A DNA stretch of 64,000 nt from an uncultured Planctomycetaceae bacterium (GTDB lineage: Bacteria; Planctomycetota; Planctomycetia; Isosphaerales; Isosphaeraceae): positions 2,016,001 to 2,080,000 of the forward strand of contig CAWIAD010000001.1 of the NCBI GenBank assembly GCA_963833985.1, read 5' to 3'. This document shows, piece by piece, positions 36,158-47,554 of the stretch (position 1 is its first letter; each line of letters opens with the position of its first letter). The notes under the pieces were generated by a model, which searched no databases, had not been told where the DNA came from, and saw nothing but the letters and a program-made list of their open reading frames with translations. The position numbers were made by a program, and so were the translations under genes.

Positions 36158-37204
36158 ATGGCGACTGGCTCGGTCGTGATCAGGCTATCGGACCTCGTCG
36201 ACGGGCAGGAGGCCGTGTGCTACGCGGCCCTGGTGAAGAAGACCCGGGGCACGACGGCCCGGAGCCAGCCGTTCCTGAGGTGTCTCTTCCGCGACAAGCG
36301 GGTGAAGTACGAATCGATGCTCTGGCACGACCACAAGCTTTTCCAGAGCGCCGAGGCGTGGATCGAGGGCGAGGCCTACCGCATGGAGGTCCGCGGCAAG
36401 CACGACCTGCGGTTCGGCATGCAGATCGAGATCCTCGGGATCCGTCCTGCCGCCGATGACGACGCGGCCGAAGGCTACGACTTCTTCGATCTGGTGGAGA
36501 GCAGCCACTACGATCCTGAAAAACTGATGGCCTCGATTCTCAACAGGGTGGACAGGTACATCGCCGAGCCCCATCTCCGCGAGCTGGTCCGGACCATCCT
36601 TGGCGAGCACGAGGCGGCGTTCAGCCGCATGCCCGCGGCGCAAAGGCTGCATCATGCCTATACTTCTGGATTGCTGGAGCACGTCTGGAGCATGACCCGT
36701 GTGGCCGGAATGCTGGTCGATCACTACGCGGAGTACTACGACCGGCTCGATCCGCCGCTGGACAAGGGCGTGGTCATCGCCGCGGCGATCCTGCACGACA
36801 TCGGCAAGCTTCGCGAGCTGCGGTACCACCCCGTCGAGGCCCGGTACACGAAGGAAGGCTGCCTGGTCGGGCACGTGATGATGGGCCGAGACCTGGTGCG
36901 CGAGACGGCCCAGAAGATCGCCGGTTTTCCGGAGGAGACACTGCTTCTGCTCGAGCACGCCATCCTTTCGCATCACGGCAAGTACGAATTTGGCGCACCC
37001 GTTCTGCCCCAGACCGTTGAGGCCCTGCTGGTCTCTTACATTGATGATCTGGACGCCAAGATGAATATCGTGGTCAGGGAACGGATGGGGTCGACCACCA
37101 CCGATGAGTTCACCGATCGCGTCTACGCGCTGGACAACCGGAGGATCTACAAGGGAGTTCCGGACGATCCGGGGACCGATGGCGAGCTGGACGTGATGGA
37201 CTGA
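36158..37204 (+). CDS. yhaM: OB-fold + HD-domain 3'-5' exoribonuclease YhaM/Cbf1 family
   Basis: PAAQRLHHAYTSGLLEH, ILHDIGK, LVGH, ILSHHGKYEFGAPVLPQTVEA, DDLDAKM. Confidence 0.88.
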   Translation: MATGSVVIRLSDLVDGQEAVCYAALVKKTRGTTARSQPFLRCLFRDKRVKYESMLWHDHKLFQSAEAWIEGEAYRMEVRGKHDLRFGMQIEILGIRPAADDDAAEGYDFFDLVESSHYDPEKLMASILNRVDRYIAEPHLRELVRTILGEHEAAFSRMPAAQRLHHAYTSGLLEHVWSMTRVAGMLVDHYAEYYDRLDPPLDKGVVIAAAILHDIGKLRELRYHPVEARYTKEGCLVGHVMMGRDLVRETAQKIAGFPEETLLLLEHAILSHHGKYEFGAPVLPQTVEALLVSYIDDLDAKMNIVVRERMGSTTTDEFTDRVYALDNRRIYKGVPDDPGTDGELDVMD

Positions 37205-37352
37205 TGGCGGCAGCCCGGCGCCGGGGCGGGGCAGGAGCACGCTCTGGGCCGGCTTGGCGGATGACGGGGTCGAGCATTAGAATGGATGCTGTCTCATGGT
37301 CCGGTTTTCATCCGGCAGCGTTCGAAGCTCTTGACCCACACGAGGTTTGCAG

Positions 37353-37871
37353 ATGGATACGTGTCGCTACCTGTGGCCGCTGGCTCTGGTCGTCGGGATG
37401 GCAGGCTGTGGCGTAGAGACCAGCCCGCCCGCGGCCGGTACGACGGGGGCCGGCACCTCGCCCGGCCCTGCCGTCAGCAAGCCTGCGTCCCCGACCTCCG
37501 CAGGCCGCACTGCCGAGCCGGCCCCGCCGGTGACCAAGGGCGCCCCCTCCTCGCCCACGCCGGCGCAGGAAAACTCAGGCAAGAGCGAGGCGCCCCCGCT
37601 GGAGGGTCCAGGCACGGGCGCTACCGAAGCCGCCAGGCCGGCCGCGCTGAGCGACGCCGAGATCGCCAAGATCAAGAAGTTGCCTCCTGAAGAGGCTGAG
37701 GCTGCGCTCAAGCAGGCCGTCTGCCCCGTGAGCGGCGACCACCTGGGCCAGATGGGCGTACCGTTCAAGATCACCGCCGAGAATCGCACCTTCTATCTCT
37801 GCTGCAAGGGCTGCGTCGATGACGTCAAGGCCGACCCCAAGTCGGTCATCGCCAAGCTTGACAAGAAGTGA
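37353..37871 (+). CDS. Lipoprotein with Pro/Ala linker and YHS/TRASH-like Cys motif
   Basis: Lipobox MAG-C; QAVCPVSGDHLGQMGVP...FYLCCKGC. Confidence 0.8.
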   Translation: MDTCRYLWPLALVVGMAGCGVETSPPAAGTTGAGTSPGPAVSKPASPTSAGRTAEPAPPVTKGAPSSPTPAQENSGKSEAPPLEGPGTGATEAARPAALSDAEIAKIKKLPPEEAEAALKQAVCPVSGDHLGQMGVPFKITAENRTFYLCCKGCVDDVKADPKSVIAKLDKK

Positions 37872-38190
37872 TCCATGACGCCCCGCGCAGTTGCGGCACC
37901 CTGCCAAGTCGGAGTGCCGTGGCAGGGTGTGGCGTTTGCGATCCGACAATGTTATGATCTCGGCTTCGAGCATGGGACCTCGAAACGCTCCGAGTGCGAG
38001 CGGCTCTCCCCCGAGTCCCAGGGACGGCGTTCTCTCCCGCGCCCTGGCGAAGACCTGGCCGACCGCGATTGCCGCGGGTGAGCCCCCCCGGTATGCACGT
38101 TCACCCGCATCCCGGGGACGGTGAATTCGGCCAGCAGGTTCGCCAGCATTCCCCTCCTGAGCGGTATCCTTTCGTCTTCTGAGCAGAGGA

Positions 38191-40389
<2,199 letters not shown>

Positions 40390-40445
40390 CCGAGGGCGCC
40401 GTCCCGGACTCGATCCCGGGGCGCGTCACCTGCCTGCTCCACGCC

Positions 40446-40489
40446 GCAAGAAGCCCGGCGGGGCCCAGCGCCCTGCTCGGGCTTCTTGC
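40446..40489 (+). terminator. Terminator hairpin after GSIII
   Basis: GCAAGAAGCCCG ... CGGGCTTCTTGC inverted repeat with further internal pairing. Confidence 0.7.
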
Positions 40490-40834
40490 TTGAACACGTT
40501 CACCGGCACGCTCGATCGGGTAATTCGTTCAAGAGTCCAGTCCCCCCATCCGCCGATCTTCGCGGTTTCTTGGCGATCCCGCTCAACTGTCAGAGTGCTG
40601 CATCCGATCTGAGACTGTTCCCCGGCGCGTCATCCCTCCCCGCGTCTCGGCAGAGCTTACCTAACCGGAATGCTGTCCAGACAGAACAACAGAGGTACAC
40701 CGTTCGCTCCATGAGAAACGGTGTATTTCGCTCCCAAGGAGAGATCAGCCCTTCGTCGGGCAAAACCGATCCCCCGAGAATGATACCCCGGGCGGCTCAA
40801 AGAGCCCGCCTTGCTCACTTACTACGGCGTAAGC

Positions 40835-40850
40835 AGGCAGTGGGATTGCT
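40835..40850 (+). promoter_or_regulatory. Sigma-54 promoter of the porin gene
   Basis: AGGCAGTGGGATTGCT (GG-N10-GC, TTGC), 58 bp before ATG 40908, which has a GGAGG RBS. Confidence 0.55.
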
Positions 40851-40907
40851 TGCACGAAGGAATTCGCGGTGCTCAGCCTACCGTCGAAAGAACATTGGAG
40901 GTTCTCG

Positions 40908-42551
40908 ATGACGTTTCCGCCCTCAAATTTCATTCGCCGGAAGGCGATGTCCGCCATCTGGCTGGTGATCCTGGGCACTTCAGCAGTGGCACAGGACGAT
41001 CGGCCGGCAAGTCCTGATGGTTCGACCTCCGTCCAGGTCTGGTCGAAGAACTACGGTGAACCGAGACCCGCGCCAGTCACGGGTCAAATCGTGAAGCCGC
41101 CACGCAGGCCGGCTGCATCCCCCGGGGTCCGGGCTGTGCGGGCAACGGCCGCAGACATGGCCGCGCAGCCTCCGGCAGAGGGGACCCAGACCCCCTCGAG
41201 CGTTCCCCCCTCGGGCATCGCCCCCGGCGAGCCCGGATCGAACCTGACCGATCTGAACCTGCCCGCGGCAGAACGGGGCACAGGCGGCGGTGAACCGACT
41301 GCGTCCGCCACGGCGGCCGAAGAAGCGCAGGCGGAGGAAGGCAAGAAGGACGCCCGCGGGTTATTGATGAAGGCATTCGACGTGCCCGAAGATGCCAGCT
41401 GGCGGGTCTTCGGCTGGATCGAGAACAGCTTCACCGGCAATGCCAACGGCTACCACAGCGGCATCAATTTCGGCGTGAACCCGAACTTCAAGCCCGACCA
41501 GTGGATGGGCAACCAATATTACCTCATCGTGGAACGGCCGCTGAAACAGGAGGACAAGGTCACATGGGGCATGCGCATTGACAACCTGTTCGGCAATGAC
41601 TGGCAGTTCAACTACATGCAGGGTTTTCTGAACCGTGCCTTCAGGCCCGGCCAGTTCACCGGCTACGACATGGCCCAGTTCTTTGGCGAGGTTCACCTGC
41701 CGATCCTCACGAAGAACGGCTTCGACGTCCGCTTCGGGCGCTGGTACACACTGGCCGGCTACGAAGTGGTACCGGCAACAGGCCGGCCCTTGCTCTCGGT
41801 GCCTTACATGTTCAACTACGGCCAACCGTTCACTCACATTGGCCTTTTGACCACATGGCACGTCACCGACAAGATCAACCTGTTCAACGGGGCGATCAAC
41901 GGCTGGGACCGGTTCTTCAACGAGCACTACAAGTGGGGTTACATCGGAGGCTTCGCCTGGACGTCGAAGGACGAGAAGAACGCCCTGGCCTTCACGTGCG
42001 TCTGGGGGCCGAACCAGTTTCCCAGCCAGTTGCCGGGCAACCAGCCCATCTACCCCACCGGCTACGTGAATGTCCCGACCATCGCCGGCCTGCGCAATCC
42101 CGGCTATTCCCGTAACGACCGCACCCTCTTCACCACCGTGTTCACGCACAAGTGGAATGATAAGCTGACCGAGGTCATGGAAACCGACCAGGGCATGGAG
42201 CGTGCGATCCCCGGACTGGGTGCTCCCGTGGTCAATGGCATCCCCCAGAACGGAGCGGCCAAGTACGACACCTGGTACAGCTTCGGCAACTGGTTTCTGT
42301 ACAACTTCAACGACAAGCTGATGGGCGTGTGGCGTTCTGAAGTCTTCTGGGACACCAATGGCGCCCGCACCGGCAAGCTGGTCGGCGACACCTACTACGA
42401 GCAAACCGTCGGGGCCCAGATCAAGCCTTATCCCTGGCTCTGGATCCGCCCTGAGGCTCGTTACGACTGGTCGCAGTTCCACCCGGCCTACAGCAACAAC
42501 ACCCGTAAATCGCAGCTCACACTGGCGTTCGACGTGATCTTCCTGTTCTGA
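40908..42551 (+). CDS. Outer-membrane beta-barrel porin (BBP2/OmpL-like)
   Basis: Signal peptide, Pro/Ala linker, GRWYTLAGYEVVPA, QPFTHIG, NGWD, WLWIRPEARYDW, C-terminal AFDVIFLF (terminal Phe). Confidence 0.85.
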   Translation: MTFPPSNFIRRKAMSAIWLVILGTSAVAQDDRPASPDGSTSVQVWSKNYGEPRPAPVTGQIVKPPRRPAASPGVRAVRATAADMAAQPPAEGTQTPSSVPPSGIAPGEPGSNLTDLNLPAAERGTGGGEPTASATAAEEAQAEEGKKDARGLLMKAFDVPEDASWRVFGWIENSFTGNANGYHSGINFGVNPNFKPDQWMGNQYYLIVERPLKQEDKVTWGMRIDNLFGNDWQFNYMQGFLNRAFRPGQFTGYDMAQFFGEVHLPILTKNGFDVRFGRWYTLAGYEVVPATGRPLLSVPYMFNYGQPFTHIGLLTTWHVTDKINLFNGAINGWDRFFNEHYKWGYIGGFAWTSKDEKNALAFTCVWGPNQFPSQLPGNQPIYPTGYVNVPTIAGLRNPGYSRNDRTLFTTVFTHKWNDKLTEVMETDQGMERAIPGLGAPVVNGIPQNGAAKYDTWYSFGNWFLYNFNDKLMGVWRSEVFWDTNGARTGKLVGDTYYEQTVGAQIKPYPWLWIRPEARYDWSQFHPAYSNNTRKSQLTLAFDVIFLF

Positions 42552-42686
42552 ACCGTGAGGTGTACCGTCCTGGAAGGATGATTGCCCCGGGGTAGCGCCG
42601 CGCCGCCCCGGGGCAGGCTCACGGCGCGAGGGCCCGCGCATCCGCGGCCCCGTGCGACCGCAGGCCATGGCCACCAGGCCGGGTCA

Positions 42687-44189
42687 TCAAGCAGAGTGAA
42701 CCGGGACGGCGGACCGGTCCGATTCCCGGCTCGATCTCGACCACCGTTCCAGGGTGAATTTGAGAAGTGGCGGCGTGATCAGAGTCGTCAAGATCACCAT
42801 CAGTACCAGGGCCGAGTAGGTGCCCTCGTCGACGGCGCGATGCTCTCCTACGTAAAGTTGACGGCCCACCGCGGCGAAGATCAGCCCCACCTCGCCCCGG
42901 GGAATCATGCCCACGCCGACGGAGAGACGATCCAGCCCGGGTTCCAGGACTCCGAGTGCGCAGACCTGCTTGCCCAGCACACCGGCCGCAACCAGGACCG
43001 CTGCCAGGGCCAGGACCGACGGATCGGCGAAGCTGCGCAGGTCCACCTGCACGCCCATCATCACGAAGAAGATGGGGACCAGAAGATCGGCCAGGGGACG
43101 GATGAGCTCCTCGAGCTCGTGGCGGCCCGCCCGCTCGGCCAGCTCGCGATACTGCACCTTTTCAAGGATCAGGCCTGCTGCGAAGGCGCCCACAATGGGA
43201 GCGAGGCCCATCTGCGATGCCAGCCAAGAGAAGAAGAAGCAGATGGCCAGGGCCGACACGGTGAGGATGCCGCCTCCCTGCAAGAAGCTGGCGGCCTTGA
43301 ACACGCTGCGGCTGACGAACTGGCCAAGCCACAGCGCACCGCAAAGAAATCCCAGGGCCTTGATGAAGATCATGACCAGGGTGGCCGCGCCGATCCCTGA
43401 CGTCGGCTGGCCCGACGGCATGGCAAACGTCAGGATGATCGCCTGGACGACCGAGAGCACCATCAGCCCCAGGACGTCATCGATGACCGCTGCTCCGAGC
43501 ACGATCTGTGCTTCTCGGCTTGTCGACTTTCCCAGGTCGCGCAGTACGCGCGCCGTGATGCCCACACTGGTGGCACAGAGTGTGGCACCCAGGAACATGT
43601 GAACAGGCCAGCTTCGATCCGGGAGCAAGACGGCTCCAGCGCCCCAGCCCAGCAGCATCGGCGTGACGACTCCGAGCACGGCGACCAGGAAGGCCGAGGC
43701 ACCGACCCTTCGAAAATCAGCGAGGTTGGCCTCCAGGCCGACCTGAAACAGGAGCATGATGATGCCGATGCGCGCGAAATTGTCGATGCAGATACCGGCG
43801 AAGCGAAGGTGGTCGCTGACCGGAATGGGAAGCGACTGGGCATAGTCCACCTTCAGGAAGTCCAGCCCGTGGAAACCCAAAAGCGCAAGGTTGCCCAGGA
43901 TCACGCCGACCACCAGTTCTCCCAGGACCGGCGGCTGGCCGCAAACCTCGAAGAGATGACCTCCCACTTTCGCCGCCAGAATGATGACGATCATTCCCAG
44001 CAGGACCGGCGCAATCCGGTCGCCGTGGTCGGTGTCGCCGTGTTCAGCCTGGGAACCGCCGGCTTGCAAGGGGAAGGTCGGCCCGACCACGCTGCCGCGG
44101 CTGGGAGCCGCAAGTTCGGGAGTGCTGGCTCCGGCCCGGCAGGCAGCCATGCCAACGAGGAGCACCGCACCCAGGACGATCAGCCGCAT
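42687..44189 (-). CDS. CPA2 cation/H+ antiporter (NapA-like)
   Basis: GQPPVLGELVVG, LCATSVGIT, AAVIDDVLG, GAFAAGL, GMIPRGEVG. Start uncertain (44189-44357). Confidence 0.93.
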   Translation of the reverse strand: MRLIVLGAVLLVGMAACRAGASTPELAAPSRGSVVGPTFPLQAGGSQAEHGDTDHGDRIAPVLLGMIVIILAAKVGGHLFEVCGQPPVLGELVVGVILGNLALLGFHGLDFLKVDYAQSLPIPVSDHLRFAGICIDNFARIGIIMLLFQVGLEANLADFRRVGASAFLVAVLGVVTPMLLGWGAGAVLLPDRSWPVHMFLGATLCATSVGITARVLRDLGKSTSREAQIVLGAAVIDDVLGLMVLSVVQAIILTFAMPSGQPTSGIGAATLVMIFIKALGFLCGALWLGQFVSRSVFKAASFLQGGGILTVSALAICFFFSWLASQMGLAPIVGAFAAGLILEKVQYRELAERAGRHELEELIRPLADLLVPIFFVMMGVQVDLRSFADPSVLALAAVLVAAGVLGKQVCALGVLEPGLDRLSVGVGMIPRGEVGLIFAAVGRQLYVGEHRAVDEGTYSALVLMVILTTLITPPLLKFTLERWSRSSRESDRSAVPVHSA

Positions 44190-44392
44190 TCGCAAGGGCT
44201 CCCGCAAACGATCAAGCCGCCCCGCGGCTCTGGACGTCGCTTCGCCTCCCGGACGCCGGGAATCGGACAGAGCGAACTGGCTCATCAAAGGGCAGAGTTC
44301 ATGATCGCTCATGATGCGGCTCATCTCGCGGTGATCGGTCCACGCCGGGGCCCGCACTGCGCCGGGGACGGCGTTTCACCATGAACGGCTCG

Positions 44393-44740
44393 TCAGATCG
44401 CATCCGACCCCCGCTCTCCCGTCCGGATACGGATGCACTCTTCCAGCGGCAGAACGAAGATCTTGCCGTCTCCGATCTTGCCGTCAGGTTCAGTGCGGCC
44501 GCCCTTGACGATGGCGCTGATGGTGGGCTCCACGAATTCGTCGTTCACGGCAATCTCGATCTGGACCTTCTTGAGCAGGTTCACCTTGATCTCGGTACCA
44601 CGATAGAGTTCGGTGTACCCGAGCTGACGGCCGAATCCCTGCACGTCGGCCACGGTCAACCGGAAGACCTGCACCGCGGTCAGGGCCTGCTGGACGGCCT
44701 CCAGCGTTTCAGGCTGAATGATGGCAATGATCAATTTCAT
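44393..44740 (-). CDS. glnK: PII nitrogen regulatory protein (GlnB/GlnK family)
   Basis: MKLIIAIIQP, GFGRQ, ELYRG, GKIGDGKIFV, RIRTGERG. GlnK versus GlnB is assigned only by proximity to amt. Confidence 0.95.
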   Translation of the reverse strand: MKLIIAIIQPETLEAVQQALTAVQVFRLTVADVQGFGRQLGYTELYRGTEIKVNLLKKVQIEIAVNDEFVEPTISAIVKGGRTEPDGKIGDGKIFVLPLEECIRIRTGERGSDAI

Positions 44741-45604
44741 GAGGACAAGACGCTCCGAAAGTCGCGGGTAAGCCGCTTCACGTGCCCGCGGCGAGCTCTC
44801 ATCCCGAGTGCCGGGTCCTGTAGCTTGATCACCCGGGGGAAGAACCGGCCTGGATCACGATGAAGCTTGACACAATAAGGATACGAAAGAAACGTTTTGC
44901 CCGCATGCCGTGTCGCGGGCGCTGCTCGGCGAGGTCGGGTCACCTGCACAGGGGAGACCCCAACGCATGAGTCGCGACGAGCGTGGTCGGGAGGGGCTCC
45001 TGGCATGATGAAGAAAATCACAGACTGCAACAACCGCGCCGAGACGGATGGAAACAATGGAATCCCGCCCAGACCGCAATCAGCGGTCCTGGCAACTGGG
45101 CCACGACGCATGATCCGCGGCCCGGTGCGCAAGCTCTCGTGGGCTGGGCATTGGCTTCTGTTAGTTTGTAAATGCGATCATTCGTTAATAATGGCAATGC
45201 GACGCAGGCACAGGCTCAGCGTGGGCAGTCAGAATGGCGGATTCGGCGGCACGGGGCTGGACCGTGCGGACGTGCCGTCGGACTTCGCGACCAGGGTTCC
45301 GCGATGCCGCGTGGTGACGGCAGGAGGTTGTCGAGCGACGGTTCACGTCAGCCAATCTTGATCGATCGGCCTTCCCGAAATGGCCTCCCTTGCGTGTTCT
45401 CGTTGCGGATCGTGCTTCCTCCCACCGCCTACGCCGAAGGGTCTGACCGCTCACATCACGGTCATTGCTGCCTGCGATCAAGGCAGGCAAGTCCTGCAAC
45501 GACGGTATCCGGTTCCGATCCTGCTCTCGGTTGCTATTTGTAAGTGCTTGGCGGGGAGAGGCTTGCTGTTGACTCTCGAAGATTTTCTGGTCTGCATCCC
45601 GAAC

Positions 45605-45620
45605 TGGCACGCCGTTTCCT
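45605..45620 (+). promoter_or_regulatory. Possible sigma-54 promoter of amt copy 2
   Basis: TGGCACGCCGTTTCCT: perfect -24 box, -12 box TTCC instead of TTGC; IHF-like revcomp CAAGCACTTA at ~45541-45550. Confidence 0.45.
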
Positions 45621-45775
45621 AATCGATGCTCAGAATTGATGTCCCGCCGAATATGCCCTCTCTCTCCCGGAATCCTGTCCCGGAGACCGCACCTCAAAGG
45701 CGAGCGAGTGACGGCCACCGGGGAGATCTGCGAGCAGTTCGGTCGCTGAGTCGTATCATTGGAGAACCATGCAAC

Positions 45776-47506
45776 ATGCGTGAAACCTCACGACGATCGC
45801 TCGTCTTGCTCTCGGCGCTGGCAACGGTCACGCTGGGTTCCTTCCTCTGGGGGTTGAGCACGGTACGTGCCCAGGCGCCGGAGCCTGCACCCGCGGCCGC
45901 ACCGGCCGCGGCACCCGCGCCAGTCCTTGATGTGACCAAGCCAGCCGCGGCCGCCGACCCCAACGGCGGATACACCGGCGCCGGCACCTCTGGTGCCTTG
46001 ACGCTTGACAATGGCAAGGCCACGCCGGAGACCGTCACGAAGGACGTGGCGCTGCTCAAGATCAATGGCAACATGATATGGGCCCTGATCGCCGGTTTCC
46101 TCGTCATGTTTATGCAAGCGGGATTTGCCCTGGTCGAGACCGGGCTCACGCGCGCCAAGAACGTGGCTCACACCATGGCGATGAATATTGCCATCTATGG
46201 CATCGGAATGCTGGGTTATTTCATCTGCGGGTTTGCGTTGCAGATGGGCGGAGTGGGGCCAATCGCCTACTTCAACGGCCCGGACGTGCTGCACAACATG
46301 GTCAAGTTCGAGCTTTTCGGCAAGCCCTTCGAGGTCCTTGGCTACACCGGGTTCTTCCTGGGCGGCGAAGCGAACGATATGTCGGTCCTGACCATGTTCC
46401 TCTTCCAGATGGTCTTCATGGACACCGCGGCGACCATTCCCACCGGTGCCATGGCGGAGCGCTGGAAGTTCTCGGCATTCATGGTCTACGGCTTTTTCCT
46501 GTCGATGCTCATCTACCCCGTGTATGCCTGCTGGGTGTGGGGCGGCGGATGGCTGGCCGACCTGGGTGTCAATTTCGGGCTGGGCAACGGCCATATCGAC
46601 TTCGCCGGGTCATCCGTGGTGCACATGACCGGCGGCGTCACTGCGCTGGCCGGAGCCATCGTGCTCGGCCCCCGTATCGGGAAGTTCAACAAGGATGGCT
46701 CGGCCAACGCCATCCCCGGCCACAGCATTCCGATGGTCGTACTCGGGACCCTGATCCTGGCATTCGGCTGGTTCGGTTTCAACGGCGGCAGCACGCTGGC
46801 GCTGACTGACGGCCGCACGGCCAGTGTCTGCGTCTGCACCATGCTGGCCTCGGCCGCCGGTTTCATGACGGCCATGCTCTACATGTGGTTCGTCTTCGGC
46901 AAGCCCGACCCGACAATGGGATGCAATGGGATGCTGGCCGGCCTGGTGGCCATCACGGCCCCGTGTGCGTTCGTGAACCCGCTCGGTGCCACGATCATCG
47001 GTGCCATCGCCGGTGTCCTCGTCATCTGGAGCGTGCTCTTCGTGGAACGAGTCCTCAAGGTGGACGACCCCGTCGGCGCTGTCAGCGTCCACGGCGCCTG
47101 CGGGGCATTTGGCTGCCTCTGCATCGGCCTCTTCGCCGACGGCAAGTATGGAGCCGGCTGGAATGGCGTGGCCGACAAGACCCCACTGGGACTCTTCTAC
47201 GGAGGCGGTCTCCAGCAGCTTGCGGCGGAAGCCATCGGTGTGGCAGCAAACTTTCTCTGGGTCTTCCCGGTTGCCTTCCTCTGCTTCATGATCGTTGAAA
47301 AGACCATGGGCAATCGGGTCAGCGCCAGGGACGAGATCCAGGGGCTCGACATTCCGGAAATGGGGATTCTCGGTTACATCAACGAGGATCCGGTCGTTGT
47401 TCAGAATGCCGGGCAGGAGCATCTGGACACACACGGGCCCGGCGTTCCCAGGAAAGGCGGGCCTTCCGCCAATGCGCATGTCAAGGTGCCCGTGCACCAT
47501 TCGTGA
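45776..47506 (+). CDS. amt: Ammonium transporter Amt, copy 2
   Basis: Signal peptide + Pro/Ala linker; FLVMFMQAGFALVETG, FQMVF, IDFAGSSVVH, FGWFGFNGGS, DDPVGAVSVHG; His-rich tail. Confidence 0.96.
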   Translation: MRETSRRSLVLLSALATVTLGSFLWGLSTVRAQAPEPAPAAAPAAAPAPVLDVTKPAAAADPNGGYTGAGTSGALTLDNGKATPETVTKDVALLKINGNMIWALIAGFLVMFMQAGFALVETGLTRAKNVAHTMAMNIAIYGIGMLGYFICGFALQMGGVGPIAYFNGPDVLHNMVKFELFGKPFEVLGYTGFFLGGEANDMSVLTMFLFQMVFMDTAATIPTGAMAERWKFSAFMVYGFFLSMLIYPVYACWVWGGGWLADLGVNFGLGNGHIDFAGSSVVHMTGGVTALAGAIVLGPRIGKFNKDGSANAIPGHSIPMVVLGTLILAFGWFGFNGGSTLALTDGRTASVCVCTMLASAAGFMTAMLYMWFVFGKPDPTMGCNGMLAGLVAITAPCAFVNPLGATIIGAIAGVLVIWSVLFVERVLKVDDPVGAVSVHGACGAFGCLCIGLFADGKYGAGWNGVADKTPLGLFYGGGLQQLAAEAIGVAANFLWVFPVAFLCFMIVEKTMGNRVSARDEIQGLDIPEMGILGYINEDPVVVQNAGQEHLDTHGPGVPRKGGPSANAHVKVPVHHS

Positions 47507-47554
47507 TGTTGATGGCACGAAGGGACCCGATGTCGGCCTGGCGAGTGGAATAGT

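Noticed and set aside
36158..37204. HD nuclease as Cas3-like or defence gene
   Set aside because: OB-fold + HD with YhaM signature motifs and no defence context.
37872..38190. Glutamine riboswitch or GlnR/NtcA box upstream of GSIII
   Set aside because: No recognisable consensus by eye; an Rfam scan would be needed to exclude it.
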